In this document: piece after piece, positions 9,490-19,802 of the stretch
Numbering within the stretch: the first letter of the stretch is position 1
Layout of the letters: each line of letters opens with the position of its first letter
From: a virus
Lineage: Duplodnaviria; Heunggongvirae; Uroviricota; Caudoviricetes
IMG/VR virus record: IMGVR_UViG_3300045988_149348
Direction: 5' to 3' (one strand)
Length of the DNA stretch: 42,988 bases
Made by a program: the position numbers and the translations under genes
The notes under the pieces: model-generated
The model's input: the letters and a program-made list of their open reading frames with translations, nothing else
Databases searched by the model: none
Told to the model about the DNA's origin: nothing

Positions 9490-10953
9490 TTATTCAGAAA
9501 ACAAGTTCAGCAGATAATCAGGATTATATTCCATGACGAACTCTATATCTCTGGCAGGTGAGAATGGTGTCATTTTTACATGGAATTTAACAATCCCGTC
9601 CATCAATGACGTAATCGTGTTTTCAGACTGATCAAAGGTAACAACACCACCTGCAATATCCTGATTACCTGTGAGGCCGTTAAGCCAAATATTCGCACTT
9701 GTAACAATCGATTCAATTAATCGACGGTTTGCAGGATTGTCTATTTTTGACCAATGCGAAAGAATTAACGTATTACCCACCCAGTTAAACATACGTCGGC
9801 AAACACGAAATGCGTCTTTGGGGTCTGTAGATGTTGGATAAATAGCATTACGGTTTCCCCATGATTTCCAACCATCAAAATTAAGGCTTGTTACAATCCC
9901 CTGTCCATTTAAGTAGTTTGCCTGGCTAATGTTAAGCCATACTTCACTGCCATCTTTACGTACAGCACCGTCCATCTGTAGTTTTATATTTGACGGAGAA
10001 CGTGATGGAATATCACCATACTGACTATCCAGCAAGCATGTTGCGGCCGCTAAATGGGTTGAGTGATGGTAAATATTGTCACCAAGTTTCACCATCGGCC
10101 AGCACACTGTCTGGTTAGCGGCCATGTGATTATTGTTCTGTTTCCATTCAGGAACAGCCGAGTAATCACTGATAGTAGATTTATCGGTCGGTGCATCAGT
10201 TATGGCTTCTGCTTTGAACAATTCACTAATCAACGCGGCTTTAGCCGCCATTAGCTGACCAACTTCACTATCAGAACTAAATCCAGGCGCAATCACTTGT
10301 CCAGGAACCAACTTGAAGCGGGGATACACATCAGACAGTAACTCAAGCCCTGTATTGGCTTTAGTGTTGGAATCCACACCACCGATAATGTCATTTTTAG
10401 TTACGGCACCGGGATCAAGATGCGTATAACTAACCTTAAGAGTAGCGTCTTTTTCGGTAATTTTTCCTCCGCTAATAGCGGTAATGACCGTATAGCCATT
10501 ATCATCCAGCGCCAGCACATAATCGGTATCAACCGTTAACCCTGCCGAATCACCATCTGCTTTTTTCACAACAACAGATTTATATAAGACACCATCGTTA
10601 GAGAGCGTACCTTTCCCGCCAGAAAGTTTTACTACCTCATCAGTTACGTCTTTCTTATGCTTTGCTGGATCAAGCACATTGATAAATACAACTGGCGCAA
10701 CACCATATATTCCAAATGCAACTTTAATTACTTCGCTTAAAGTATATTTCTCGAAGTTTGTGCTATATCCTATTTTAGATACGGCCTCTGCGTATGTATA
10801 AGCAATGATAGGTTTATTTACCGCTGAGGCTGGATCTTCTAACTGATTAACAGGAGCTGTACCAAATGCGACAATCAACCCAGCACTAACTTGTACTGGA
10901 GGAGTTATAGATGTAGCCAGCTCAGATATATAAATACCGTGGCGATATCCCAT
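9490..10953 (-). CDS. contractile tail sheath protein
   Basis: 487 aa, position upstream of the tube gene; sheath-like size. Confidence 0.7.
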   Translation of the reverse strand: MGYRHGIYISELATSITPPVQVSAGLIVAFGTAPVNQLEDPASAVNKPIIAYTYAEAVSKIGYSTNFEKYTLSEVIKVAFGIYGVAPVVFINVLDPAKHKKDVTDEVVKLSGGKGTLSNDGVLYKSVVVKKADGDSAGLTVDTDYVLALDDNGYTVITAISGGKITEKDATLKVSYTHLDPGAVTKNDIIGGVDSNTKANTGLELLSDVYPRFKLVPGQVIAPGFSSDSEVGQLMAAKAALISELFKAEAITDAPTDKSTISDYSAVPEWKQNNNHMAANQTVCWPMVKLGDNIYHHSTHLAAATCLLDSQYGDIPSRSPSNIKLQMDGAVRKDGSEVWLNISQANYLNGQGIVTSLNFDGWKSWGNRNAIYPTSTDPKDAFRVCRRMFNWVGNTLILSHWSKIDNPANRRLIESIVTSANIWLNGLTGNQDIAGGVVTFDQSENTITSLMDGIVKFHVKMTPFSPARDIEFVMEYNPDYLLNLFSE

Positions 10954-11243
10954 TATTTAATCTCCATGATAGAAGAAGAAACTCTAGAGTACATTACATA
11001 CTCGACACTGGTTTTATCAGAAAGTCTTTTTTCTGCATCTGCAAAATCACTGGTTGCCACAAACAAACACTTTGCACCAGGAATATGTGATATTAATTTT
11101 TCACACTCTGGAGATAAGCCATTCTTAAATAGTTTATGCTTCAAAATTGAGAGTTGAGGGATTGTTGGTCCTATATATACAAATGTTTGAGCAACATCTT
11201 CCTTCTTTTCTATATCTTCTTTACTACTTTTCTTATTAGCCAT
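10953..11243 (-). CDS. hypothetical protein, AT-rich small ORF
   Basis: 96-aa ORF with locally low GC between head-tail joining genes and the sheath gene. Confidence 0.35.
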   Translation of the reverse strand: MANKKSSKEDIEKKEDVAQTFVYIGPTIPQLSILKHKLFKNGLSPECEKLISHIPGAKCLFVATSDFADAEKRLSDKTSVEYVMYSRVSSSIMEIK

Positions 11244-11729
11244 TTAGATAAACTCCTGAGACTGAATATTCTGAGGCTTTAATACTAGCCACGTTCCAGT
11301 TGCTTCCGTTATCCAATATGGATATGGTTGATCATCAAACATTCGCCATCTGATATCACCCTGAAAGAGAAATTTCTCTTCAAGTAAAGGCTTCTCCTGA
11401 AAATGAAACATCATCCTTTCAAGAAGAGCCATTACCCATTCATATCCAGTATGGTCCTCACAAAAACCACCTAGAAGAAACTTAACCTTAACTTCATCCG
11501 TTTCAGGCTGCATTCCTCCTTCCGTGGGTCTGATAATCACATGAGGAAATTCTGGCGGTTTATCTGGAGATGGTTGTGATTTAGGAGGCAAGTATCCTTT
11601 AAATATTGTTGGAACAAACAATTTAATATCGCTGTCTGTTTCATCATAAGGAGGCCCCTGCACTAATAAATCATGGAAAACCTCATGTTCCAACCGATTT
11701 TTTATTGCATCTATCAAAAGATTAATCAA
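11244..11729 (-). CDS. hypothetical virion protein (possible tail completion/neck)
   Basis: 161-aa ORF in the head-tail junction block; function assigned by position only. Confidence 0.35.
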   Translation of the reverse strand: MINLLIDAIKNRLEHEVFHDLLVQGPPYDETDSDIKLFVPTIFKGYLPPKSQPSPDKPPEFPHVIIRPTEGGMQPETDEVKVKFLLGGFCEDHTGYEWVMALLERMMFHFQEKPLLEEKFLFQGDIRWRMFDDQPYPYWITEATGTWLVLKPQNIQSQEFI

Positions 11730-12070
11730 ATCGGCATTCCTCTGTTAGTATTAACAGTGAGAGTTATTTCCAATACACCAACATTATCTGATACTTCATC
11801 AACAATATAATTTTTACCGTTGATTTTCATTGACTGGTCTTTGACAGGGAGAACAGGAAAATCTTTTCTTGAAACAAATAATATTATTTGCCCCTGATTT
11901 ATTCCCTCTGCAAACTCAGCATATGAGCGTTTATTACGCTCATGAATAAGGTCTGTATCAATAACGGCAAGGATATCCTTGCCGTCTATGTTATATGTAT
12001 CGGCAAACTCTTTTTCATTGAGGAATATTGCAGAAATATCTTGCGCTATAACCTCTTTGAAGGAGTTCAT
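11726..12070 (-). CDS. hypothetical virion protein (possible head-tail connector)
   Basis: 114-aa ORF, coupled overlaps with neighbours. Confidence 0.35.
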   Translation of the reverse strand: MNSFKEVIAQDISAIFLNEKEFADTYNIDGKDILAVIDTDLIHERNKRSYAEFAEGINQGQIILFVSRKDFPVLPVKDQSMKINGKNYIVDEVSDNVGVLEITLTVNTNRGMPI

Positions 12071-12462
12071 TACTTCTTATTACCTTTTTTTTGCGTTGAT
12101 TTTTTCGCATTACTGGTATCAGAAGTAGCTACAGATTCAGATGAATCATCAGCAACCATTTCCTCATTGCCGCCATCATCCTCAAACTCAACCTCGAATA
12201 CACAGCTACCCGCCTCCGTTCGCGTAATCAACCCCGCGTCCACAGCATCATTAACAGCAGATGCGTATCCATGCTCAAAAGCTAACTTAGCAGCATCATA
12301 GCCCCCAGCCGATGCCAAATCACCATCCTCTTCGGTGGCAATAGCATGTCCTGACGCAATCAGTTCGGCAATTCTGGAGTTATCCATTAGCCCATTAAGC
12401 AAACGGCCCGCTTTTAGCGAGCCGTGGCTTATCGTATCAATGTTTTTAATCAGTCTGGCCAT
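12070..12462 (-). CDS. hypothetical acidic protein downstream of major capsid gene
   Basis: 130 aa, acidic with Lys-rich C-terminal tail; position only. Confidence 0.35.
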   Translation of the reverse strand: MARLIKNIDTISHGSLKAGRLLNGLMDNSRIAELIASGHAIATEEDGDLASAGGYDAAKLAFEHGYASAVNDAVDAGLITRTEAGSCVFEVEFEDDGGNEEMVADDSSESVATSDTSNAKKSTQKKGNKK

Positions 12463-13506
12463 TTAAACCACCTTAGCCACCAGATAGGCATCAGCCACAC
12501 CAGGATTAGGCAGTGGAGATGACTTCATGGCAACATAACGGCCAGCCGGCTTACGAGTTACCCAGGTGTCTGGAACTCGTGGCGACTCAACAATCGTTAG
12601 AGTCTTTTCGGCGTCATCTACAAGCTCTACAGCACCATACAGCATCGTTCCTCGACCAGGAGAGCCAAAGAGGATCTTATCTTCCGGTACTAATGGTTCT
12701 GGTTTTCCTGTTTTATCATTGCGAATAAGTTCGTCGTAACCATAAAAATCGACACCTTCAAGATTGCCATAATGAGTTACGCCTTCTTCTAACTCCTTAG
12801 GCTCAATATACCCAAGCTCTTTTCGGCGATTATCAAGATATTTAGTTACTGCTTCATTTTTAACGAAGGCATCAACAACTTTTGCGCCCATTACGGCAAC
12901 ACGAGGTGTAAAACCTGAAGTTAGTGATACCCGACGTTTCCAGTTGCGAACATTGACCAACGGATCTGATTTTGCTGCACTCCATAAATCATCACCTGTC
13001 AGTTCAAGATATGGTTTATCTCCTTCCTCTTCAGGCCAAAAATAAACTGTGTCATCCACTCCTTCACCAACAATATCAACCTGCCCCGTAAACAAGACTT
13101 GTGCACACATCCATTCTTCACGGCGGTTAACCATTTCATCAAGCTCAAGCAAATCTTTACCTAATTGCGCGGCGGCTCGTTCTGCTGGCGATTTTGCGTT
13201 GTAAATATTCTCACCCGGAAGCCTGTTTAAAAGCAGCTCGGCTGTTGTTACCAAATCAGGTGCAACAAGTGGTGGCTCCAGAGTTCTCGTTACAAAGCCG
13301 CGTCGCTCAACGGTTTTTGAGCCAAAACCTTTACCAACAAACGGAGCCATAGTACGGCCACCGCGAACAAAATCCAGATCAACTTTCTTTGTATTAAAGG
13401 TCTGAACACCAGGAAAAAAGGTACGAAGAAGAAAACGACGAGCCTTGAAATTCTGAATAACAGGCTCAAGCATTGTACGTCGTTCAAAAATATCAATATT
13501 CGGCAT
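12463..13506 (-). CDS. major capsid protein, lambda gpE-like
   Basis: 347 aa; N-terminal FLLRTFFPGV...LDFVRGG pattern as recalled for the major capsid protein E family; follows the decoration-protein gene as in lambda. Confidence 0.7.
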   Translation of the reverse strand: MPNIDIFERRTMLEPVIQNFKARRFLLRTFFPGVQTFNTKKVDLDFVRGGRTMAPFVGKGFGSKTVERRGFVTRTLEPPLVAPDLVTTAELLLNRLPGENIYNAKSPAERAAAQLGKDLLELDEMVNRREEWMCAQVLFTGQVDIVGEGVDDTVYFWPEEEGDKPYLELTGDDLWSAAKSDPLVNVRNWKRRVSLTSGFTPRVAVMGAKVVDAFVKNEAVTKYLDNRRKELGYIEPKELEEGVTHYGNLEGVDFYGYDELIRNDKTGKPEPLVPEDKILFGSPGRGTMLYGAVELVDDAEKTLTIVESPRVPDTWVTRKPAGRYVAMKSSPLPNPGVADAYLVAKVV

Positions 13507-13526
13507 AAAAATACGACCTCTTTATA

Positions 13527-13910
13527 TTATGCAGATGGATTTTGTTGTGCGGTATTAAGGAATATCCCAACCTTCCGGCAAGCCAGATATACATCGGCAA
13601 TCTTTGCTGATTCAGGAAGGATAACCGCATGTGCATTGAACATTCCGGTCAGCCATGCTGTTCCAACTTGCGCTGAATCAGTCGCATCAATACTATGTTG
13701 AGCGATACAATACGGTTCTTTTGCCACCCCCTCACCAGAGAGATTTATTGGTGCCACAGTGACAACATTTGTTGTCTGATCAATACTGACAAAAGCAAGC
13801 AACTCACCTCGATTTACTTTACCGCTGGCAAGTTTAATACTTGTTGTAATTGCTGGCATACCACCAGAAATAATCAGATTATCTGGTTCAAATGAAAAAG
13901 ACTCTCGCAT
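13527..13910 (-). CDS. head decoration protein, gpD-like
   Basis: 127 aa between protease/scaffold and major capsid genes. Confidence 0.55.
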   Translation of the reverse strand: MRESFSFEPDNLIISGGMPAITTSIKLASGKVNRGELLAFVSIDQTTNVVTVAPINLSGEGVAKEPYCIAQHSIDATDSAQVGTAWLTGMFNAHAVILPESAKIADVYLACRKVGIFLNTAQQNPSA

Positions 13911-13919
13911 AAACTCACC

Positions 13920-15008
13920 TTAATTTTTATCGCGGTTTTTAAATACTGACCCAATAACATTTTTTACTACTTCAGCTTGTTTATCGCCGTTGTTTTCTGG
14001 TTGATTAACATCAACTGAATCATTCACCTCATTTGCGTCTTCTTGCCGTTGATTAAGAAAGTTTTTGTTACGCGCTCGCTCTGCATTCATAATTTCCAAA
14101 GCAAGTTCAGCCGCAGAAATTCCCGTTTTGAATTTTGCATTCTTAACCAGGTCGTCATGACCTGGAATTACGCTATTCTCGATTGTTTCAATGCGCTCGC
14201 GTTCTGATTTAACGCCCTCGTCTTTACCAGCATTAAAAACCTGATTGTATAATTCTGGATGTTTATTTTTTAATTCATCAAGAGTCACAACATCGTCCTC
14301 ATTTTGTTCATTTAATTCAGTAGATAATTCATTTTTATTTTGTGGCAACTTTGCGAGCGAATCAGGTAATTTTGAAAACCTTGATGCTTCAAAAGTTATT
14401 CCATTGAGCGAAAGCATCCCTTCCTTTATAGAAGCGGATAAGCGCATTGGTTTTTCAACTTCGTCAGCAAATCCAAGCTCTACAGCCTCTTCTGCATTTA
14501 GCCATGTTTCCTGATCCATTAGTTCAATTAATTTATCCTCAGAAAGCCCTGTTTTCTCCTTATATGCAGATAAAATACTATCTCGTATCTTATCCATCAT
14601 CTCAGCAATATCACGTAGTTCATCCGCATCACCAGCAGCAAATGTCCACGGATTATGGATCATCATCATAGCATTAGATGGGATAACAACTTTATCACCT
14701 GCCATTGCAATAATGGTTGCAGCCGATGCAGCAATACCATCAATATAAACAGTAATATTAGCCTTATGACGTTTTAATGAAGAAAGAATAGCTTGAGCAG
14801 TAAAAACAGAACCACCATAACTATTAATTTTTACGTTGATAGCATTTGATGATATATCCTTTAATTTATTAACTATGTCAGAAGAAGAAACCTCATCAAA
14901 TTCGCCAATATATCCGTAGATTAAAAGTTCAGCCGGAGAGTCATCTTCACCCGTGCTATTTTTTATTTCCCACCAATTAGGCATCATCTGTCTCCATATT
15001 TTGTTCAT
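13920..15008 (-). CDS. head maturation protease (S49/ClpP-like) with C-terminal scaffold-like region
   Basis: 362 aa; N-terminal INSYGGSV...IDGIAASAATIIAMAGDKVV resembles S49-type prohead protease; C-terminal half is charged and coiled-coil-like. Confidence 0.7.
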   Translation of the reverse strand: MNKIWRQMMPNWWEIKNSTGEDDSPAELLIYGYIGEFDEVSSSDIVNKLKDISSNAINVKINSYGGSVFTAQAILSSLKRHKANITVYIDGIAASAATIIAMAGDKVVIPSNAMMMIHNPWTFAAGDADELRDIAEMMDKIRDSILSAYKEKTGLSEDKLIELMDQETWLNAEEAVELGFADEVEKPMRLSASIKEGMLSLNGITFEASRFSKLPDSLAKLPQNKNELSTELNEQNEDDVVTLDELKNKHPELYNQVFNAGKDEGVKSERERIETIENSVIPGHDDLVKNAKFKTGISAAELALEIMNAERARNKNFLNQRQEDANEVNDSVDVNQPENNGDKQAEVVKNVIGSVFKNRDKN

Positions 15009-16551
15009 TTACCTCAGAAACAGGAGGCGTAATCAGCCCCAACTCACGGCGAGCATTCTCTTCTCTGCCACAAATTTGTGCGGTTTCTTCCCAGTTAAGA
15101 CCTGACATTTCAGCCGCTTCCTTTTCACGGGTAGAGAATGTTTCCTCAACACGCAGTTTTGCAGCTTTGACTTCTTTAAGGGGATCTAATTGGCCTTGTG
15201 ATGGGCCATACCATTGAGCGCCACTCCATGCAGCGCGATATTCAGGCCCATAAAAAAAACCAGGGGCAATAACACGACCTTTAGCAACGGCTTCGGCCAA
15301 CCATTCCTCATAGATCGGTTGGCAAAATGACTGAACCATCCAGTCACGTCGCATACGGAACATTTTCCAGGCTTCAAGTAATGCGGCCCTGCTTGCGCTA
15401 TAACTTGCTGTAAAATGCTTTACCAAAAGTTCGTAAGGGAGTTCTAAAGCAGCCCCAATTTGACGGCATATGGCGACAACAAAACCATCAAATGCCGTAT
15501 TTGGTCGCCCGGGATTTGCTGTATCTATCGACTCACCTTCACCCAAACTTACTATGGAGCCATTCCCCATTTCTTGGGTGTTATCATCATGGTTATCGAT
15601 CTGCTCGTACTGAGGGATACCCGATTCACCGACTGGTCCATCAGGAGCGTCTGTTTTAATAAAGACAGTAAACATCCCTGACACAACCGCAGCAACCAAT
15701 TCAGCATCGGTGTATCGTCCTAACTGCTTCAATGCTTCAATAACAGGAGCAAGAACAGGAACGCCACGGCGTTGCCCAGGCCTTTCAAAATCCTGCATGA
15801 CATGCAGAATATTTCTTCTTCCTGTTTTACTCCCATATGCTGGAATACGTTCCCACTTGCGGGTTACAAAACCAGAAGTCCCGGCTGGGTGATGTTTTGC
15901 AACCCAGTACGCCACAGGCTCGCTAAATTCACCAACCTCTACGCCACCGTAAAGATTTGGTATAAAACGATCCTCTGGATTGCAAACACGATCACCTTCA
16001 ATTAAATAGACGCACAAATCATATATAACACCCTTACGCTTAATAACTGGTAGCGCAGCAAATATATCGCCAGATGTTAACGCAGATATTTGGACCAATG
16101 ATTGCAATTGTCCAAAAGTACACATTCTTGATGCATCACAATTTGGAGAATCAGCCCATAATCTAAACTCACGCTCAACATGCTTTTCCCATGCTCGCGC
16201 TTCTTCCTGCGTCATCCCCAAGAAATCGGCATCAATGTTCGCATTTAGTTTTAAACCGGAACCAACAACGTTTGTCCTGATAGTTTTTATTGCGCCAACC
16301 GATAGCGGGTTTCCCATGAAGAGATCACGAGAACGCTCACGCAATTTATCTATATTTTTAACAATATCATCATCAGGAGAACCAGCTTTACTAAACCAAC
16401 CCCTTAATGATTTTTTATGAGTGCTTGCACCATGACGTGAATATCCAAGGTTATTAATACCTTCAAGTGCTTCTAACCGTTTTCTTGCCAAAGCTCGATT
16501 TAATGCCCTCTGAGGTGAAAACGGCGCAATAACTCGATCAAGAATATTCAT
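14977..16551 (-). CDS. portal protein, lambda gpB-like
   Basis: 524 aa between the gpW-like gene and the protease, as in lambda W-B-C order. Confidence 0.7.
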   Translation of the reverse strand: MNILDRVIAPFSPQRALNRALARKRLEALEGINNLGYSRHGASTHKKSLRGWFSKAGSPDDDIVKNIDKLRERSRDLFMGNPLSVGAIKTIRTNVVGSGLKLNANIDADFLGMTQEEARAWEKHVEREFRLWADSPNCDASRMCTFGQLQSLVQISALTSGDIFAALPVIKRKGVIYDLCVYLIEGDRVCNPEDRFIPNLYGGVEVGEFSEPVAYWVAKHHPAGTSGFVTRKWERIPAYGSKTGRRNILHVMQDFERPGQRRGVPVLAPVIEALKQLGRYTDAELVAAVVSGMFTVFIKTDAPDGPVGESGIPQYEQIDNHDDNTQEMGNGSIVSLGEGESIDTANPGRPNTAFDGFVVAICRQIGAALELPYELLVKHFTASYSASRAALLEAWKMFRMRRDWMVQSFCQPIYEEWLAEAVAKGRVIAPGFFYGPEYRAAWSGAQWYGPSQGQLDPLKEVKAAKLRVEETFSTREKEAAEMSGLNWEETAQICGREENARRELGLITPPVSEVNEQNMETDDA

Positions 16552-16787
16552 AAATCTCTTATCACCACTCGTTTAATTCGTGGGCCTCGGCGTATACCTG
16601 CTGATAATCTTTCTACTTCATTACGCCAGTAATCCATCTCTTTTCTGACTTCTGATAAATCCGCACGAGTTAACTGCCGCGTACCAAATTTATATGACTG
16701 ACCGCCAATAGCAATAGCGCGATATGCTTCCCGCCAGACAGATAACATCTCTCTGGCTTCAGTCAGAGAAAATGCTTCATTGTTCAT
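16548..16787 (-). CDS. head-tail joining protein, gpW-like
   Basis: 79 aa directly after the large terminase, as in lambda. Confidence 0.55.
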   Translation of the reverse strand: MNNEAFSLTEAREMLSVWREAYRAIAIGGQSYKFGTRQLTRADLSEVRKEMDYWRNEVERLSAGIRRGPRIKRVVIRDL

Positions 16788-16798
16788 TTATATTTCCT

Positions 16799-18655
16799 CT
16801 ATATGGTTACGCCTTTACTTATAACTCTACGACGTCTTCTACGTATACCTGACGAGTTCTGCACATACACATTACCTCGCATTTCCTGTTCGGCAAGCCA
16901 GTTAAAATTAGGGTTCAGAATTTCCATCGCGGCAGTTGCATAGTTACGGCAATCAAGAGGCTCGTTACGCTCGTAGACTTTCACCCACTTTTCTTTTGTC
17001 TGCCCATTTTTATATTCAAATATTTTTTTCTCTGATAATAATCCTTTAAAGTATTCGGTATCATATCCTCTGTCAGAATCTAATGGGAAATGCATATAAC
17101 CAGGACCAGGATCATGTAGTTTAATTCTTGCCATGATGGTCCCTTTACCATCATCAACCCCCAAATTAAACAACATAGCACCCACACGGTTATTATTACT
17201 TGGCTTTCCTATAAATGGTAAACCTACCCCACCACGCCCCCTGATAGAGTATATTCGCCTTGATTCTCTCGGCTTAGTAAAGCGATATACCTCTGTCGTA
17301 AAATGCCCACCAGAGTCAATACAAACGGAAGAAATCTGTAATTTTCGACCGTCACGGAATGACCAGCTACGGAGTAAGTATTCATCAAGTTGTTTCCAGA
17401 CAACATCTTGTGCGGGATCACCTGGGAATATTTTATATTCTATCCCCCATGACTCCTTACCTTTTCCCCAACCGACCAATTCACAAACTAAATACGTGTC
17501 CTGTACGTCAACACCAGCACTTAACAATAAAACATCATCTGGTAAAAACTCTTCAAACCTTATTCTGCGTTGCAACAAGTATTCAGGATCGATATCGTCT
17601 TTAGCATCCTCTTTCCATGGCTCACCCAGCTTAAGGTTAATAAACTCCATTAATCCATTTTTATCGCGGTTTCTGGTTGCTTCCGTAAATTCTTCAACCA
17701 GCTCTGACAATGCAACCCACGGGGAGTAAAGACTGTTAATATGAAAACCAACAATACCTTTAACTCCAGTATGTTCAGCTATCCATACCCCCTTCGCCAA
17801 CCAATCAACGTCTGGTTTACCAGATCCGCGCATAATCCCGCCGCACTCACAGCACTCATATCTGGCCGTTTCCGGTAACGCCTCACCTGAATCGCTCTTA
17901 TCCCATCTGACTTGCGACCATTTCATCACCTGCATGGTGCCACAACATGGGCAAGGAACATGGTAGTAACGCTGATCGGAGAGCTTAAACCACTTGTGGA
18001 TTTTGCTCGTTTCCTCCAAAACAGGAGTAGAAACAAAAACTTTCTTACGATTATGAAAGTTGGTAGTACGCTGAATACCTAGTTTTAGTGGGTCGCCCTC
18101 CTGCGTCACACCGTAACGATCAATCTCATCAGCTAACAGTATTCGAATTGGCCTGGATGCAAGACCTGCTGGGGAATTAGCACCAACAAGTGCTATATAT
18201 CCACCAGCGTAATGCTTCATACGTATAGTCGTGCTGGACTTTTTGGCTGCACCGCGCCCCTCTTTCCCTTCATGCAGCTTGTGTTTCAAACCAGGGGAAT
18301 ATTTGAACGTCGGATCAATACGCTCCTTTGAAAAAGCCTCAGCCGCCTCTACCGTTGGATAAATCATCAACTGAGGAGATGGCTCCTGATCTGCAAAGTA
18401 ACCCATAACATTTAGCTGTAATTCGGATTTACCAATTTGTGAGCTACATTGCATCACTACTGTTTCTGTATCAGCGTCACCAATAACATCCATTGGTTCA
18501 CGCAAATATGGCACTCGGCTTGTACGCCACGGCCCTGGCTCTGGAGACGTTCCCGGCGCTACATGACGATACTTATCAGCCCATTCGGAAACAGTTAGCC
18601 GTGATTTAGGGCGAAGCGCACGGAAAAAAGCGGTGCTCCATACTGTTTCGCCCAT
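16799..18655 (-). CDS. terminase large subunit, GpA family
   Basis: 618 aa; N-terminal TVSEWADKYRHVA...VMQCSSQIGKSEL pattern as recalled for lambda gpA; cysteine cluster CPCCG...CCECGG. Confidence 0.8.
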   Translation of the reverse strand: MGETVWSTAFFRALRPKSRLTVSEWADKYRHVAPGTSPEPGPWRTSRVPYLREPMDVIGDADTETVVMQCSSQIGKSELQLNVMGYFADQEPSPQLMIYPTVEAAEAFSKERIDPTFKYSPGLKHKLHEGKEGRGAAKKSSTTIRMKHYAGGYIALVGANSPAGLASRPIRILLADEIDRYGVTQEGDPLKLGIQRTTNFHNRKKVFVSTPVLEETSKIHKWFKLSDQRYYHVPCPCCGTMQVMKWSQVRWDKSDSGEALPETARYECCECGGIMRGSGKPDVDWLAKGVWIAEHTGVKGIVGFHINSLYSPWVALSELVEEFTEATRNRDKNGLMEFINLKLGEPWKEDAKDDIDPEYLLQRRIRFEEFLPDDVLLLSAGVDVQDTYLVCELVGWGKGKESWGIEYKIFPGDPAQDVVWKQLDEYLLRSWSFRDGRKLQISSVCIDSGGHFTTEVYRFTKPRESRRIYSIRGRGGVGLPFIGKPSNNNRVGAMLFNLGVDDGKGTIMARIKLHDPGPGYMHFPLDSDRGYDTEYFKGLLSEKKIFEYKNGQTKEKWVKVYERNEPLDCRNYATAAMEILNPNFNWLAEQEMRGNVYVQNSSGIRRRRRRVISKGVTI

Positions 18656-18660
18656 GAGGT

Positions 18661-19221
18661 TTATTCTTCCTGCTTAATAAATCGGGATTCCTGGAGCGCC
18701 TGAAGCGCAAAATTAATCTCGTCTTCAATAATGCGTTCGATCTCCCTGGCTGTTTTGCCTTCACAACGGGGAGCTGCTCTTGGAGCAATACTAAATAAGC
18801 GGCTACGCAATTCATTAGCTGCCAGAAATGCATCATCCCTGACCGCATCTTTAGCGATGAGAGAGCCTTCCTTTTCTTCAAATTCAAGGCGTTTCAGCTT
18901 TGCCTGATAAATTTTTTCTGCGGTCTTAGCCTTGTTGAATTGCACCGCAACACCGGAAGTACCACCAGCTAATCCGGCATCATCAGCGGGTAACTCTGGT
19001 TGTTCCGAAGATATCCCATGCCCTCTTTTTCCATTTTCAGCAGATACCTCACGACCAACCTGTCGGCTCGCTTCATAAGCCGCACTGGCTTTATCAAAAT
19101 CCAGCTTGCCGCTTTTCAGCACTGGAATGCGACCGGAACGACAGAGCTTCGTAACCATTGCCGGAGAAATACCTTTCCGGCGGGCAAACTCTGACTTACT
19201 GACGATGGCCATTACTTGCAA
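18661..19221 (-). CDS. terminase small subunit, Nu1-like
   Basis: 186 aa with N-terminal helix-turn-helix (VSKSEFARRKGISPAMVTKLCRSGRIPV) immediately upstream of the large subunit. Confidence 0.6.
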   Translation of the reverse strand: MQVMAIVSKSEFARRKGISPAMVTKLCRSGRIPVLKSGKLDFDKASAAYEASRQVGREVSAENGKRGHGISSEQPELPADDAGLAGGTSGVAVQFNKAKTAEKIYQAKLKRLEFEEKEGSLIAKDAVRDDAFLAANELRSRLFSIAPRAAPRCEGKTAREIERIIEDEINFALQALQESRFIKQEE

Positions 19222-19802
19222 CCATTAGCAAGATACTGAACAAATCCCTCATGCGTTTCATGCGCGTCGTGGTACTGACGATAAACATCCAGCAACAATG
19301 CAATTTCCATATCCGTCGCGGGAATACGTTCTTTATCAATAGCCAGGTACTTAATTTGAACAACAGGGGAAGAATTATCGTCTTCTTCCTGCGGCTGTTC
19401 ATCGCTTAACATTTCGTCAAGCTCTGCATCATTAAACCCAAGCAGATCAATATCAAAATCATCATCCATTAACTCTTTGACTTCTTCGGCCAGAAGCTGC
19501 ATATCCCAGCCAGCATTTAAGGCCAGCTTGTTATCTGCAATCCTGTACGCCTTCTTCTGTTTTTCAGAAAGGTTACTCAACCGAATCGCCGGAACTTTAT
19601 CCATTTCCAAAATTTCGGCTGCTGCAAGCCGCCCATGCCCCGCAATCAGTTCATTCTTTTCATCGATCAGCACAGGATTAGTGAAACCGAACTCACGGAT
19701 ACTGTTCACCAACTGCTCAACTTGCTCATCTGAATGAGTCCGTGAATTTTTGGCATATCTGAGCAGCTTACCGACTGGTAAATATTCGATTTTTAGAGCC
19801 AT
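19212..19802 (-). CDS. ParB/Srx N-terminal domain protein (paralog 1)
   Basis: 196 aa; NSRTHSDEQVEQLVNSIREFGFTNPVLID...IAGHGRLAAA is a ParB N-domain-like motif; paralog of 22469..23092. Confidence 0.6.
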   Translation of the reverse strand: MALKIEYLPVGKLLRYAKNSRTHSDEQVEQLVNSIREFGFTNPVLIDEKNELIAGHGRLAAAEILEMDKVPAIRLSNLSEKQKKAYRIADNKLALNAGWDMQLLAEEVKELMDDDFDIDLLGFNDAELDEMLSDEQPQEEDDNSSPVVQIKYLAIDKERIPATDMEIALLLDVYRQYHDAHETHEGFVQYLANGCK

